Shown here in pieces: positions 31,924 to 45,715 of a DNA stretch of 64,000 nucleotides. A program made the translations under genes and the position numbers. The notes beneath the pieces are model-generated. The model did no database searches, was not told the DNA's origin, and saw nothing but the letters and a program-made list of their open reading frames with translations. Each line of letters begins with the position of its first letter. The stretch's first letter is position 1. Source of the DNA: the human T2T-CHM13v2.0 reference genome, Homo sapiens; the NCBI RefSeq assembly GCF_009914755.1, contig NC_060933.1; one strand, given 5' to 3'.

Positions 31924-32929
31924 ACCTTGCAAGGTTTCTATCTTCAGAGGAATTATACTTCCTGAAATGTCTCTATTGAGTGGTAGCTAAACTCTAGTCT
32001 TGATGGACTGATCCATTCTTGCCTTGTAATAGGTACACAGTATATGCTTTAAATGGGTGAATTTTGTGGCATGTGTACTAGATTGCAATAAAACTGAAAG
32101 GATTTAAAGAGAAGAAGTGCTTGAGGATAAGAAGAATGCAAGAGGGTACACCAAAAGGAGTTAACACATTTTTGGAAGATGAAAACCTTGTGGAGGAGAG
32201 ATAACTTACTTAGCAAAGTAGACAAAGCACCAGCTATCCTTATTGCTGCTTCCTTCTCTTCATGAGGCACTGAACATGTTTTATTTCTTAAATCCTTTCA
32301 TTGAAGCGATGGTTAAACATGCGCAAGAGCAGGTAGAACAATATAACTCCCCATGTACCCACCACTTAACTTTCACAATTATCATTTGGTATGGGTGATA
32401 CCTCCCATCTTTTATACTATGATTAAAGTGCAAAAGTCCATTTAAACATCTTGCCATCCATCTCTTAGAAGATGTGCCACGTGCCATATGTCAATGCTGT
32501 CACATTCCTTTGATACTTATCACATGAGGAACACACTTATGTACAACAGATATACACAGCATTGGTGACAAACACATTGAGCTTTAGTGGCTTTGGCAAT
32601 CAGTTCTCCTTTGACTTTAAGTCAACCCCAAGGAGTCATTTGAATTCCTACCCACAGTCCACACAAGAAGCAATCTTACAGAGCAAATTCAGTGCACAAT
32701 ATTGCAGTCCCTTAATCACATAGTAACTATAAGTTGAAAAAAATATGAGTAGAAACTGTACATGTTGCTGAAACCTTGAGATTGTCATATAAATGTTTTC
32801 AAATATTTAAAAGAAATGTTTTCTATCACACATTTAAAAGGAGTTTTTGTGTTTCCACTTAAATAAAGTAGATCAAATATACTTGTTTATCTACCCTCCT
32901 TCCCAAAATGCCATTAAGAGTAAAAGATT

Positions 32930-33900
32930 ATATGAAAAGATGCTCAACATCATTAGTCTGATCACAGAAATACAAATAAAAATCACTATGAGATAACCAC
33001 TTCACACCTACTAGGATGGCTGGAATAAAAAAGATAAGTGTTTGAGATAATTTGGAGAAATTGGAAGCCTCATACACTGAGAGTGGGAATGTAAAATGGT
33101 GCAGCTGCTTTGGAAAACAGGCAGTTCCTCAAAATGTTGGCATATAACACAGCAAATCCACTCCTAGGTATATACCAAGAGAAATGAAAACATGTGCATG
33201 CAAAGAAACTTGTACGCAAAGTGTCTGGTGTGTCTGTTCTTTTCCCCAGTGGTTAATCTTTGGCCCTTTGACAGTGGCTTGTTCATTTGCTCTTTTGTGC
33301 TTTTGAGGAAAGTCCTTTGTGTAGCTACTTCTCTGCCCTGAGGAAGTTCTGAGTTAGGTGAAACAAAGGCAAGCCCCTTGGATCAGTTCTTCAGGGACTT
33401 CCCAGACAGATCAAAACAGACAAACTGAACTACTTAGAACAAGGTTTGCTCTGCTTTTTCCTCTGGAACCAGGTACCCACACTCTGTATGGGGTCTGATA
33501 TCTTCAAGGCTGCCACTGGGCTGGGAGTGAGGTGGAGCAATGGTAAATTAAAATGCTACAATGCTTTGTACAGTGTTTTAGTGGTTTTTCTCCTTGTTAG
33601 CCTTTGTTTGGCTGCAGTAAACCTTTGGCCATCTTCCAGAGTTTTGACAAGGTTGACTCTGACTGTGTTTGCCAGGTTTCTTTGTGTATCTGAGGAAGGT
33701 CACCTTCTCAGAATTCTCTAGTCTGCCATTTTGCTGACATCACTCCCCTATGTCCAGCTTTCTTTTGATCAAGATAGTTTATCTTTTCCTATTATTTTAT
33801 TGCATACAATTCATTTCTTTATATTTAAAGTGGTTTTCTTTTAGGCATCATATAGTTAGGTCTTACTTTTTAATCCAGCTGACAATTTCTGACTTTTAAT
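32930..33900. mobile_element. Old L1M fragments
   Basis: aaaagatgctcaacatcattagtc...gggaatgtaaaatggtgcagctgctttggaaaacag (ORF2 3' region), plus adjacent degenerate L1 pieces. Confidence 0.7.
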
Positions 33901-33913
33901 GAGTGATTAGATC

Positions 33914-34490
33914 ATGATAGGCACATTGCTAGCCCCCTAAAGATGTCCATGTCCCAATTTCTGGAACTTAAGAATATGTTACTTTACATGGCATAAGGGA
34001 ATTAAGTTTTCAGATGGAATTAAGGTTGTTTATCAGTAGATCTTAAAATAGAGAAGATTCTGAATTATCCATATAGGCCCTATCTAATGATATGAGCCCT
34101 AAAATCCAAAACTTTAGAGAGATTTGAAGACAGAAGAGGCAGGAGCAGTTTAAACTGTGAGAGAGTCTCTGAATTTCTCTTGCTCGTCTTGAAGATGGAG
34201 GTAGGGGACCATGACCTAAGGCAGGAAGCAGTCTCTAGAAGCTCAAACAGCCTGACAGATAGCAGGTAAATGAAAACATCAGACAATGAATTCTACTAAC
34301 AACCTGAATGAGCAAGGAAACAGATTCTCTTACAGAGTCTCCAAAAAAGAATTGTGTTCTCACCTTGCTTTTAGCCTAGTAAGACCAGTACCAGACTTCT
34401 GACATACAGACTGTAATATAATAAATTTGTGTTGCTTTAAGCCACTAAGTTTATGGTAACTTATTATGGCAGCAGTAGAAAACTAATGCA
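33914..34490 (+). mobile_element. MLT1 (C/D/E-like) solo LTR
   Basis: aaagatgtccatgtcccaat...gaatatgttactttacatggca...taataaatttgtgttgctttaagccactaagtttatggtaac...gaaaactaatgca. Confidence 0.85.
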
Positions 34491-34838
34491 GACCATTTAT
34501 ATATAGTGTGATTATTGATATAGTTGGGTTTCAATCTACTTTATAGGTTCACAGCAAAATTGTATGGAAGGTACAGAGATTTTCCATACATCCTCTGCCC
34601 TCACACATGCACAACCTCTCTTGTTATCAACATCCTCCACCAGAATGGTACATTTGATGGAACTACATTGACACATTATTATCATCCAGAGTGTGTAATC
34701 TACATTAGGGTTCATTCTTGGTGTTGTGCATTCTGAATCTTCTATGATATCATTTTTCTCCTTTTGGGAGGCTTATTAGCAATAACTTTCTTCAGTGGTT
34801 GTAGTGGTTGTTTTAGACTTTACAGTATGCATCTTTAA

Positions 34839-35171
<333 letters not shown>

Positions 35172-35711
35172 AACAGTCTAATATATCACTTCCCATAGTG
35201 TTTCTCTTACATTCACTTGGCTTATTCTCTTGAAAATACCTGTTTAAGTGTATGTCTCCCTGCATTTGTTAGAACTTTTTTTGGATGCAAGTTGATAGAA
35301 TTCCAACCCAGTGTAGCTTAAATGGAAAACAATGATGTGATGGCCTTGTATTGAGTATTTGCTAATCCCTGAAACAAAAAATGTAGCCATATGGCTAGAA
35401 ATGTTGATGGGCCAGATTGGGTTGTGGACTTATCTCTAGGATAAGAAGGGCACTGGGTTGAATGTCCCCAAAACAACATGAAGTAGGGGTATAACTCCTG
35501 GAAGATCAGGGTAGTTGGATGGGAAAGCATGGCTGAGAAATACTAGAGTTCTCATTGTCCATATATTCCTGAAATCAGTTTCTTAGGATAGGTGTTATTT
35601 TCTTTTAATTATTTTTTCTCATGTAAGTAACGCATCATTATATTATCTGAGTTTAAAAAAATAAAACAGTCTCCATAAGTCTAAACACCTCCACTGATAA
35701 TCCCTTTCTAG

Positions 35712-36037
<326 letters not shown>

Positions 36038-36179
36038 GTCTTTATTATCACGATTTTCAGTGTGGTGTGCATTGCATTCTGTGCTGTGCATTGCATTTTG
36101 TGCTGTGCATTGACCTAGAATATTTATAGTTTATTTATTCATTTTACATAAAAAGAGATCACATTATGCATGTTACTCT

Positions 36180-37490
36180 GCAGCACGGTTCTTGTATTCA
36201 ACAAATATCTTGTCATTCTATGTATAATAGTGCATATAGATATACTTCATGCTTTTTAACTGCTGTGTAGTATTTCTTTAGATGAATAGTTCATATTTTT
36301 TCGATTGTTGAATATTTATTTCCTATTTTTTATTATTAACAATGCTGCCATGAACATCCTTCTATATGCTTTATTGTGCATATTTTCAAGTGCTTCTCTA
36401 GAGTGTATGCCTAGAAATGAAATTTCAGTGTCAGACTTCACATTTAAAATACATGTATTATTATTTATTTAAAAAATATATATAGTTTGAATAGGAAATA
36501 AATGCACATGGTAAAAGAAAAAACACTGAAAAGTTATGTAATGAAAAGTAGTCTCCCTCAATCTTGAACAGACTCAGTTGGTGATTTACTTTCATTACGT
36601 GTTAAATATTACAAGCCAGCTATTAATATTTTAAATATATCTTTCAATTTATGTTTGTCGAATATTTCTTCATGTTTAGTTTCAGGATATATGCCTTTGG
36701 TATAAATAGCATACCAGTTAGTCTGACTTCTCATTTTATACTGTCAGGTGATACATGGTTTATAATCCTATTTCTGATGTTTTTCAGTTTAATTGCTTGT
36801 TAAGTGTTGTCTGCTAGACTTTAACATTGTAAAGTTCTCTCTTCTTTTTTGTAATTACTGTTTTGTATACTTTGAGACTGTATAAATATTTTGTTATTCG
36901 TCAAACTTTTCATTTATTCATTCATTTATATTCATATGAACTCACGGTTTTCAATTTTATTTAGTTAATTATAATCCGTTGCTATCATTATTTATTTTGG
37001 TGTTCATATTGTCATAGGTTCGAATAGTGGGAGCCCCTTCAAACTGATATCTGGGTCCTTTTGACATATCTCCATCATTGTTTGAACATTTTGTTACTTT
37101 GCTATCCAGCAATATGTGTTCGGGCCATCTTATATTTTTCCTGCACAAATCCTAGAATTAACCATTTCTCCAAGATACCCTAGTTCCATTTGCTGGAGAA
37201 TGATATTTAGAAGCCAGTGTGTGGACACTAAGTGTGTTCATTGCTATTGGGGTATCAATGCTCCCATGCTTTCTCAGTGTACAGATTTATCTATCTATCT
37301 ATATATAATATTATCTATATTATATTTATTTCTGTACCTATCTATATACATTGAAAACTATGAATTCATACCCATACCTTAAATTCTTACCAAATATCCA
37401 ACACCACAGTGTTCATTTTAGTTTTCTTTCTCTCCCCCTCTTCTCTCTTTTTCCAGCAGTGAGAAATCTAGCTCTTATTCTTCTTAAAAC
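36180..37490 (-). mobile_element. Old L1M (MC/ME-type) 3' fragments
   Basis: Degenerate L1 3' text; 36960-37470 resembles the fragment at 13910-14400. Confidence 0.6.
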
Positions 37491-38199
37491 AGGGAACACT
37501 TGTGATGTTTGATAGACTGATATTAATTCTTTCGCTCACTTGGGTTATACTAGTGGCAGTAATCATGCAACATGAAAGCATGGATGATAGAGCTTTATTT
37601 GACAGTTGAATCTGAATGTACCATCTTAGAACATAACAAAAGGAGTAAAATCTCTAATTTCACATATGTAGATATTTATACTGTATTATCACTACCAAGA
37701 GAAGCAAAATCCTAATTTGATATCTCAGGAGATAATTATATTATTATGCTTTTTAAAGTATAATGATGAAAATGAATTATGTGATATGAAACTGTCTATA
37801 AAACATCTTAGTGACTTTACATTTTTAATGACAATAATAGCAACTGATTTCAAGGTTCAACTATGAGCAACTCTGAGGGTGTATTTTAAGCATTTATTTA
37901 AATCATTTTCCCTTTAATTGGAAACTGTTTTTGATAATTGTTTAAGTGACCGTCTACCATTTTACTTTCCAAGATTTATGGTTAATATTAGAATCAGATA
38001 TAAAACTTTATATACTTTTCACATTTATATGTTTTTAAATTAAATAATCTTTAATTGAAGGTGATATTTGATTCATTGATTATCTTATATTTCTTCCTAA
38101 TAACTGCAGATATTTTAAATGCAATATCAATTATTCTTTTTCAGGTTTTTGGCCTGACATTTCTCCATTCACACACTTGCCTGTTCACATTTTTAAATA

Positions 38200-39330
38200 C
38201 TGTATATTAATATATGTTGATGAGGCTGGATGTCTCTGAACTGAACTCCAACTTTGTATATCAAACAGTCTATTTCTATATTCATTTTATCAAATAGAAA
38301 GCTAAACTTAATATGTACAAAACCAAAACCTTGTGTTTGTTTCTTTTTAAGATCAAACCTTATTCTCTCACATTTTCCCCATCTCAGTAAATGGCAACAT
38401 CCTTCTTTGAGTTTCTCAGGCCAGAAACTCTGGAGTCAGCTGTGACTTCTTTCTCATTCTTATACTCTGTAATTGGTCCATCATAAAATTCTTTATAATA
38501 TATCCAGGATCTGTCCAATTCTATTTCCTTCTCATCTGTTATAGTGGATCAAGCCACCATCACCTCTTGCCTGAATTCTTGCTGTAGCATCTTAACTGTC
38601 CTCCTGGTTCCATGCTTGCCTTTGGGTCTTTTCTCCACCTTGAAGCCAGAGTGATCTTTTTCAAATATATATTGTATTATGCCACTTCTCTGCTCAAAAC
38701 TTTCAGAAGCTTCTTTTTCAACTCAGAAAAAAGCCCAATAGCCTTTGAGTACCTTCTATATGATCTAACGTCTCTCTATTTCTGTAGAGCCATTTCCAGA
38801 ATCTTTCCTTTACTTATTCTACTGTAGTCTCACTACTGGCCTTCTTGCTATTCTTTTAAAGTACCAAGCATTTGCTTACCTCAGGGCCCTTGCAGTCGTT
38901 ATTCCCTGAGGCTAGCATGCTCTTTACCATGATATCTGCCTGGCTAGATCCTTCCATTTTGTTCAGATTTCTATGCAAGCATCACCTTATCAGAGAAAGC
39001 TTTCCTGACCACCTAAAGTAAAATAGCACCTACCTTTTCACACTTCCTATCTCTCTTATCAGGTTTAATATTTCTACATAGTACTTGTCACTGTCTAACA
39101 TATTTTAAATATAATATGCTATATATATAGTTATATATATGTATAACATATACATATAATATGTTATATATATACTATATACTATATACAGTATGTTTAC
39201 TTATAGCTCCCACTAGATTATAAACTCCATGCAATCAGGAACTTTGATTTTCTTAATACGTGCCTCCTGTGTTTAGAACAGTTCCTAGAAAGTGATTGCC
39301 GTTCCATTAATATTTGTGGAATAAATAAAT
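38200..39330 (+). mobile_element. L2 fragment
   Basis: aagccaccatcacctcttgcctg...cacttctctgctcaaaac...cccactagattataaactccatg...atatttgtggaataaataaat L2 3' end. Confidence 0.8.
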
Positions 39331-42300
39331 AAATTAAAACTCTTTGTGAGAGAAAGAATCCATTGTGTTTGGATTTCAATAGTGTCAATCAAGTTAAGAC
39401 ATTTCCTGGTACTTCCTTCTCCTGTCTTTGCCTGACTCCATCCTGGATGAAAGCAGAGGCAGCTTTGTGTGTGGAGATGGGATTGGATGGGTAAGAAATT
39501 GCAAGGTGGGCAAATGGAGGAAAAGGTCATATCCTCTCCTCGTCCACTCTAGGTCTCCCTGCTTAAAAGCACTAGCAATCTGGCAGAAGGAAGACATTTT
39601 AACTTAAACTGAAGTTGGTGTTTTGATGGATACATTGTACAGGACGTTTTAATTACTGAGCTAGATTATTCTTGGCACTATGAATGACTTAAAAGAAGAA
39701 TGTTTAAGAACAGTCTGGGACCTTCCATCACCTAATATTTCCTTCACAGGGCAAGAGAAAAATAAGTCTCCAGATTGTTTATGAAGGGTCTGTGAGGGGA
39801 ACACGTGAAAAATTTTCCCCCTGCATCCTATGGAGTTCTGCTTATTTGTTTAACCTAATGATTATCCTTCTATGTGGTCTTCATCACAGTGCTAAGTAAT
39901 CTACTGTTTACCCTCTGTCTGCCTTACTAGACTGAGAACTCAAGAAGACAGGGGCAGCATTTTTATTAATCCTGTTAATCCAAGACCAACTATGGTACTT
40001 GACATGTAGCAACCATTTAGTGTTTGTTGAATAACCTCCCTCCCATCATCTTGTTGCAAGGGTTACTTGAATGCCAAAAGTACTTTGAGTATGAGAAATT
40101 CAGTATTTCATGATACAAAGGAGGCAGAAAATGCTTAGGTATATAAAGAGATATTGTGTTCCAAGATTTAGATCCATTTACCCAATGAAAATTTACCATC
40201 ACTCCATTCTATGGGAAAACACTTTACTTCTGAACTGTATCACAGTGTTGGCTTTATCCTTCCCTTCTTATTCAAGCTCTCAGCTACCTAATCTTTCTCC
40301 CCTATTGCAGCAGGCCAGGTGGGCTTTCATGAAGCCCAGTGTTTGGAATAAATGCTAAAAATAATCCCCTTTTCTCCACATCTTATTCTTCTTTAAAGGC
40401 AGAGCCTGAATCCTTACTGTTTAAAAGTTAACATCTCCTGTATTCTTGTGGCAAATGCAAAAAATATGACAATGTTTTGAAAGACTGTGGAGAGGGTTTG
40501 TTTCAGTATAAAAACTATAGCATTACTATCACTGTGATCCAGAGATGAAAAGTTATAAAACATTTTGACTCAAATAGATGCCACATGAATTTAATGATTT
40601 TCATGTGGATAATCATTTTTCAAACAAACTGTAGCCATGACTTAATCCCTCCTAGAAAGACAGGAGTGTATCTTCAAACAAACTGCCTAAGCTGTTTGTT
40701 CACAGTTTGCTTTTTGATTCAGCAAGATGGATTATGAGGGGTAACAACCAGAGCTGTGACAGCTCTGGCTAAATCCCACCTGGCGTTCCATCCGCCTCTC
40801 CTTTAAAAATCTCTCCAAGTTTATAATTCTACAAAAGGCTTAACGGTACTCACTGGAGGAATGCCTTGGCTTGGGAGCAGGGGTAGGGAGTGGGGATTTA
40901 ATATGCCAATTAAAAAATTTATTGTTAATAACAAATTCTTGGGTTGTTTCATTTGCAACCCAAGTGTAAATCCTATGTGAACAATGCAAGCACTGGGCTG
41001 AAAATGAAGTGAAATAAACACTTAGGGCTTATCCCTAAGTGTTTCACTAACCTTAGTGAATCTTTTCTGGTCAGTGACAGCCTAGTGAACTTTCTTGAGG
41101 GACAGTGAAACTGCCATTTTTCTGGCCTCTAGACATGGTCTCGTCTATAGCACACATCCACAATCATATTGCTTATACAATACATTTATGAAACTTCCTT
41201 CCTCTTATTATTAGCCTCCTTTCTACTGTGATTACCATCAACTTCATTTCCCTCCCCATGGCTAAAACTGTCAGTAGGGAGGAAATAAAAATTATGATAA
41301 TGTTTTAATACCTGCTCTCACATGTATTAAAAGAGAAGAGTTCCAGAGAGAAGAGTTCTCAAATAGGACACTAAACGGCGACTATGTATTCTATGACTTC
41401 TGTGATATCATACAAGATACTTTATAGCCTTTTGGTTAGAACAGGCAAGTTAGTTGTTAATTGTTTAATGCCAGGAACTGTCCCCTTTGGACTGTTAACA
41501 TATTGATCAGTCTTCATCACTCATGAACTGTGTAGCAGATAATTTGCCATTAATAATTAAAATGCAGATGTTTAAGAATAAATTATTTTAAAAATGAGAG
41601 CTCAGTCTAAGCTAGCATTACAGTAAAATAATATTTCATTTACTTGCATTGAAACAGCAGAAAAGAAGGTAGGGTAAACATGGAGAATCCCATATTTCCA
41701 TAACAGTATGATGTTTCTGGGAGTATAAAAAATGTTAAGAACCACTGATTTAGGCCAAAAGGTCCCCAAAAGTAGAAGCAATATATGGCAATATTAGTAT
41801 AGACTCCCTCATTCCTTGTCATCATTCCCTGAATGGGAAGGTAATTCTGTACTTCATACTTTCTTCTTGACGTTATCTTTGAGACTTGGTTTCTAATATA
41901 TAAGTATTTAGCATACATTCAATCACACATGCTAACAAGAAAGGGACACTATCAGTAAAAAACTATAAATCAAATTTTGCTTTGAGAATGAACTTTGGAT
42001 TTCAGCCTACTCTGTCAGACTTTATTCCTGTTTTGTTATTAAATGCCAATATTATTTACATCTAACTTTCTTTCCCTTTATCACACACATATGATGGAAG
42101 TGCTAAGCAGGAGTACAGAGGAACAAGGTCTGGTAGCCTATGGGGAAAAAAATTAAATCTGGCATTTGGTTCCTGGACCATTCAAGAGTAGCAGCCTATC
42201 CAAGTATTGATGTTTGTATGTGTTAGAATAAAAGTGTCATCTGTTCAGGATATTCCATTAACAACATGTCTTTGAAATTTAGTGGGCTTAATATTCAGGA

Positions 42301-42538
42301 AAAGCATAAAATGAGAATATGGAATTATACAAGTCTTTTTCTTTCTTTAGATCTTTGATGGGTATGTGCAATCAACTTAAAGCCTTTTTTTGTCCTTTGA
42401 TTATTCAATTTAATTATTGTATTCCATTGTTTTAATATATTTCTGTGGTTTCTATGTTTTGCACATTTCACACCATTATTTCACTTCATTGTATTTTAAG
42501 ACCTGAGATTCAGGTACAATTTGTTGAAACTGTTAACA

Positions 42539-43139
42539 TTTTTTTTTTTTTTTTTCCTGCCTGAATCAGGGAGACCCAGGATGCTGTTCAGGCCTTATCC
42601 CAACCAAATTCCCCTCTTCACTTTGCAGGGCCCATCGTAGTCAAATGTGCTAACTTCTAAAATAATAAATAGCACTAATTCAAAATTTTTGGACTCTTAA
42701 ATTAGCTACTTGCAGGTTCTTGTTGAAAGGTATATAATATTGCATTGTAAAGAAATTTAAAATATTTATGGGTATTTTTGAAAAGCTGCATTATGTTAAA
42801 TAATATTACATGTAAAGCTATTTAAAAGAATTTTTTTTTTGTATTTTGTGTAACAAAAATTGCTCAGGAGCATGCTAAACCTGAGGCCAAGTTGTTTCTT
42901 AGTATGACTTTTTTAAAAAACATCTGCTGAGTAACGACAGGGCCAAAGACTTGGAGAACTTGTTTCTGTTGCATTTGCATATCTTTTTTTTAAATTTTAT
43001 TATTATTGTACTTTAAGTTTTAGGGTACATGTGCACAATGTGCAGGTTTGTTACATATGTATACATGTGCCATGTTGGTGTGCTGCACCCATTAACTCGT
43101 CATTTAGCATTAGGTATATCTCCTAATGCTATCCCTCCC
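42539..43139 (-). mobile_element. 5'-truncated L1PA (about 156 nt, 42984-43139) carrying a 3'-transduced segment (42556-42983) and a second poly(A)
   Basis: TSD GAAACTGTTA(A)CATTTTT at 42526-42543 and 43140-43156 brackets poly(T)17, the unique segment and the L1 3' end. Confidence 0.88.
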
Positions 43140-44754
43140 GAAACTGTTACATTTTTAACAGTGCTTTAGGAATATATTAGAACCTGTTATAATTTTTTTA
43201 ATTAACTTCTGTTTGCATATTTATTAATGTGAATGAGAAATTATAGCTTACATATACAGTTATCTATATGTAACACCATAAATGCATTTATAAATATACA
43301 TATCGAAAGCATATTTCTAGCATCTATAAATGCCTATTTTTTAGTGTATACACATATGAAAACAATTTTCAGTGTACGTATAGTCACAAATGTTTCCTAT
43401 TGGCATTTGAAATGAAATTTAAATTCCATTTTGTTTTTCTAAAAAATTGATCAATATAATTGATTAAATAATCAGCTTTCATCTTTTTGTGTATGAAATG
43501 AATGTTTTTTGCTTTTACCTGATACGGTCTTTTTAGGGTAGTTAGAGTTTGGGGAACGGAGAAGCAGCAGGGAGTTCTTAGAATAAAAGTGTTAATTCCC
43601 TGATGAAAAAGAGTTGAGAAGCAATGTAGTGACAATTGCTTGGCACTAGTCTAACAGAAGCAAGATTTAACATGCAAATCCTGTTTTGTTGCTCTTGTTT
43701 TCCTGGTACCCAAACAAAAGCAAGATAATCATTTTCACCCCATCCACAACTACTCAAAATGGGCTCTAATTCAATAAGAAAATAAAGAAACTTTTCTATT
43801 TGCTTTTGAGAGTCTGAGTTCTTCGGAGAGGGGCTGAAAACAGCGAGGAAAACAAATATTTGTTAAGTGATAAGAGTGTGCCTGAATTATGCTAAATGGT
43901 ATCAGATAGAAAAGAAAAATGCTAACATTTCTATAAACAGGGACCCACAAACAAGGCACATAGAGGAGACAATGAATAAACAAGGCATTGTTTATCTACA
44001 AGATTGGCATTGTACAAAATTTGGGGTCATAGACCCCTGATAATCTATTGAAAGAATAATACACAGTCACACATAATTTGTACACAGTTTTGGCAGGGGA
44101 AGGTCCAAGGAAAAACCCTAACATGGAGGACAGGACTATAATTTTAGGTCACCATTTCTTCATTATTTATTCAGAGGAGTCCTAGATAAGGGCATATACG
44201 ACTCTTATGTTCTTTCATAACACCGTATGTCTCTCCTTAGGTTTTCATTGTTATAAAATAGTATATATTTGAATAATTATTTGCTAAAGCCTGTACCCTC
44301 GACTATAAGCTCCATGTGGGCAGAAATATCCTCGCTCCTCATTTAATTCCCCAGGATGAACACAGTTCCTGGTACATAGTAATCACACAAATATTGGTTG
44401 AATGAAACAATGAATGAATGTGGATTTGACATGAAATATGGAAGAAGTTAGAGAAGACAGCATTATGTGTGCTAGAGTTGTTGGTAAGTTTCATAGGGGA
44501 TGAGTCACCAGTGCAATCCATGATTCTTGAGGACCTATCATGGGCATGGCCTTGAGCTATTCATGCGGTAGAGCTTGTTTTTGAAAGGAAGTATTGATGG
44601 TCTCAGAGGCAGGGAAGAGGCATCTTGGATTAGGGGAAATAGGCTAAAAGAGTAGTGTGAAATAAGCACAGTGCATTAGAAAACTAGTTCTTCTGGTGGA
44701 TGAAGGATAATTGTAGAAAATTTGGTGGGACCATGCATTGTTTTGATAAAGGTG

Positions 44755-45205
44755 TTGTAGTAGTTTGGATTCTTCATAAGCAGATCCTGCGGTGAGTATT
44801 TGTGAGCAAGTGATTTCTTAAATAAGTGCTTCCAGAAGAGATTTATAAGGGAGTAGAGGGAAAGGGAAGAAGCCAAGCAAGCACGTGTGTATGTTTAGGC
44901 AAAGTCTCAGTCTCAGCCTGATCCTGCCAGGGAGTTCTCAAGTATAAATGACACCTCAGAGTATGTGCAGACCCAGGCAAGGGAGCCACATATTCACGCT
45001 TCCACTTTAGGGCTATTCCAGGGCATGTAAACTTCCAGGTCCTTCCTGTTTTCTCTCAGGAGCAGGTATAAAGTAGCTCAGGAGAAAGTATCAGGTGCTG
45101 TGGGCCATTAGAAGCAAAACACACTGAGGCCAAAGGCTAGCCACACAGAAAGGTCAAAGTGGGGATGGGAAGGAATCTGGACAGAGGATTTGTGGGGTCT
45201 GCTTC
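44755..45205. mobile_element. ERVL LTR (LTR16-like)
   Basis: aagcagatcctgcggtgagtatttgtgagcaagtgattt...; family by eye. Confidence 0.5.
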
Positions 45206-45244
45206 AGGAATTCTAGCCTGACTTGATAGGCAACAGAGATTTGT

Positions 45245-45415
45245 CACAGGTTCGCAAACCTTGATGCACATTAGAAGCACCTGAGGAGCTTTTAAAGAAA
45301 AATTAATTCATCTGGCTCAAGCCCAGATGAATTAAATCAGAACCTCTTCAGGTACAGTTTAGGCATCAATGGTTTTTAAAAGCTTCTCCTGTGGAATCAA
45401 ATGATTGCCTGGATT
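45245..45415. mobile_element. MER5-type hAT-Charlie MITE
   Basis: aaaccttgatgcacattagaagcacctgaggagctttt...aattaaatcagaacctct...ttttaaaagcttctcc. Confidence 0.7.
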
Positions 45416-45419
45416 ATAG

Positions 45420-45715
45420 ACTCTTGGGTAAGGATGTGGCAGGATGCAAATAGTATTTTAGGGAGATATATTGGTAGGGACTTTTAGACTGGACTGAAGG
45501 GAGAATAAACTGGAGGAGACAATGGAGTTTTGGCCAAAGGTGATGACTTAGACTGTGATGGTGGCAGAGCAAATGGACATAAAGAAACAAATGTGAGGGA
45601 TAGTTTAAGGAAAAATTCAAGAGACTTACTAACTGATTGAATGGGAGGGCTTGAGGGGATGGAGGAGTCAAAGATGGCTTGAAAATGTCCAGGCTGGGAG
45701 TCTGGCTTTGAAGCA
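45420..45715 (-). mobile_element. L2 fragment
   Basis: Purine-rich antisense L2 text (gatgacttagactgtgatggtggcag...ggaggagtcaaagatggc). Confidence 0.6.

Noticed and set aside
36060-36112. Short direct repeats (tgtgcattgcatt.tgtgc) as a CRISPR-like array
   Set aside because: Simple ~20-nt tandem duplication without unique spacers; eukaryotic DNA
39105-39190. AT-rich quasi-palindrome
   Set aside because: Degenerate (TA)n low-complexity expansion inside an L2; self-complementarity is trivial
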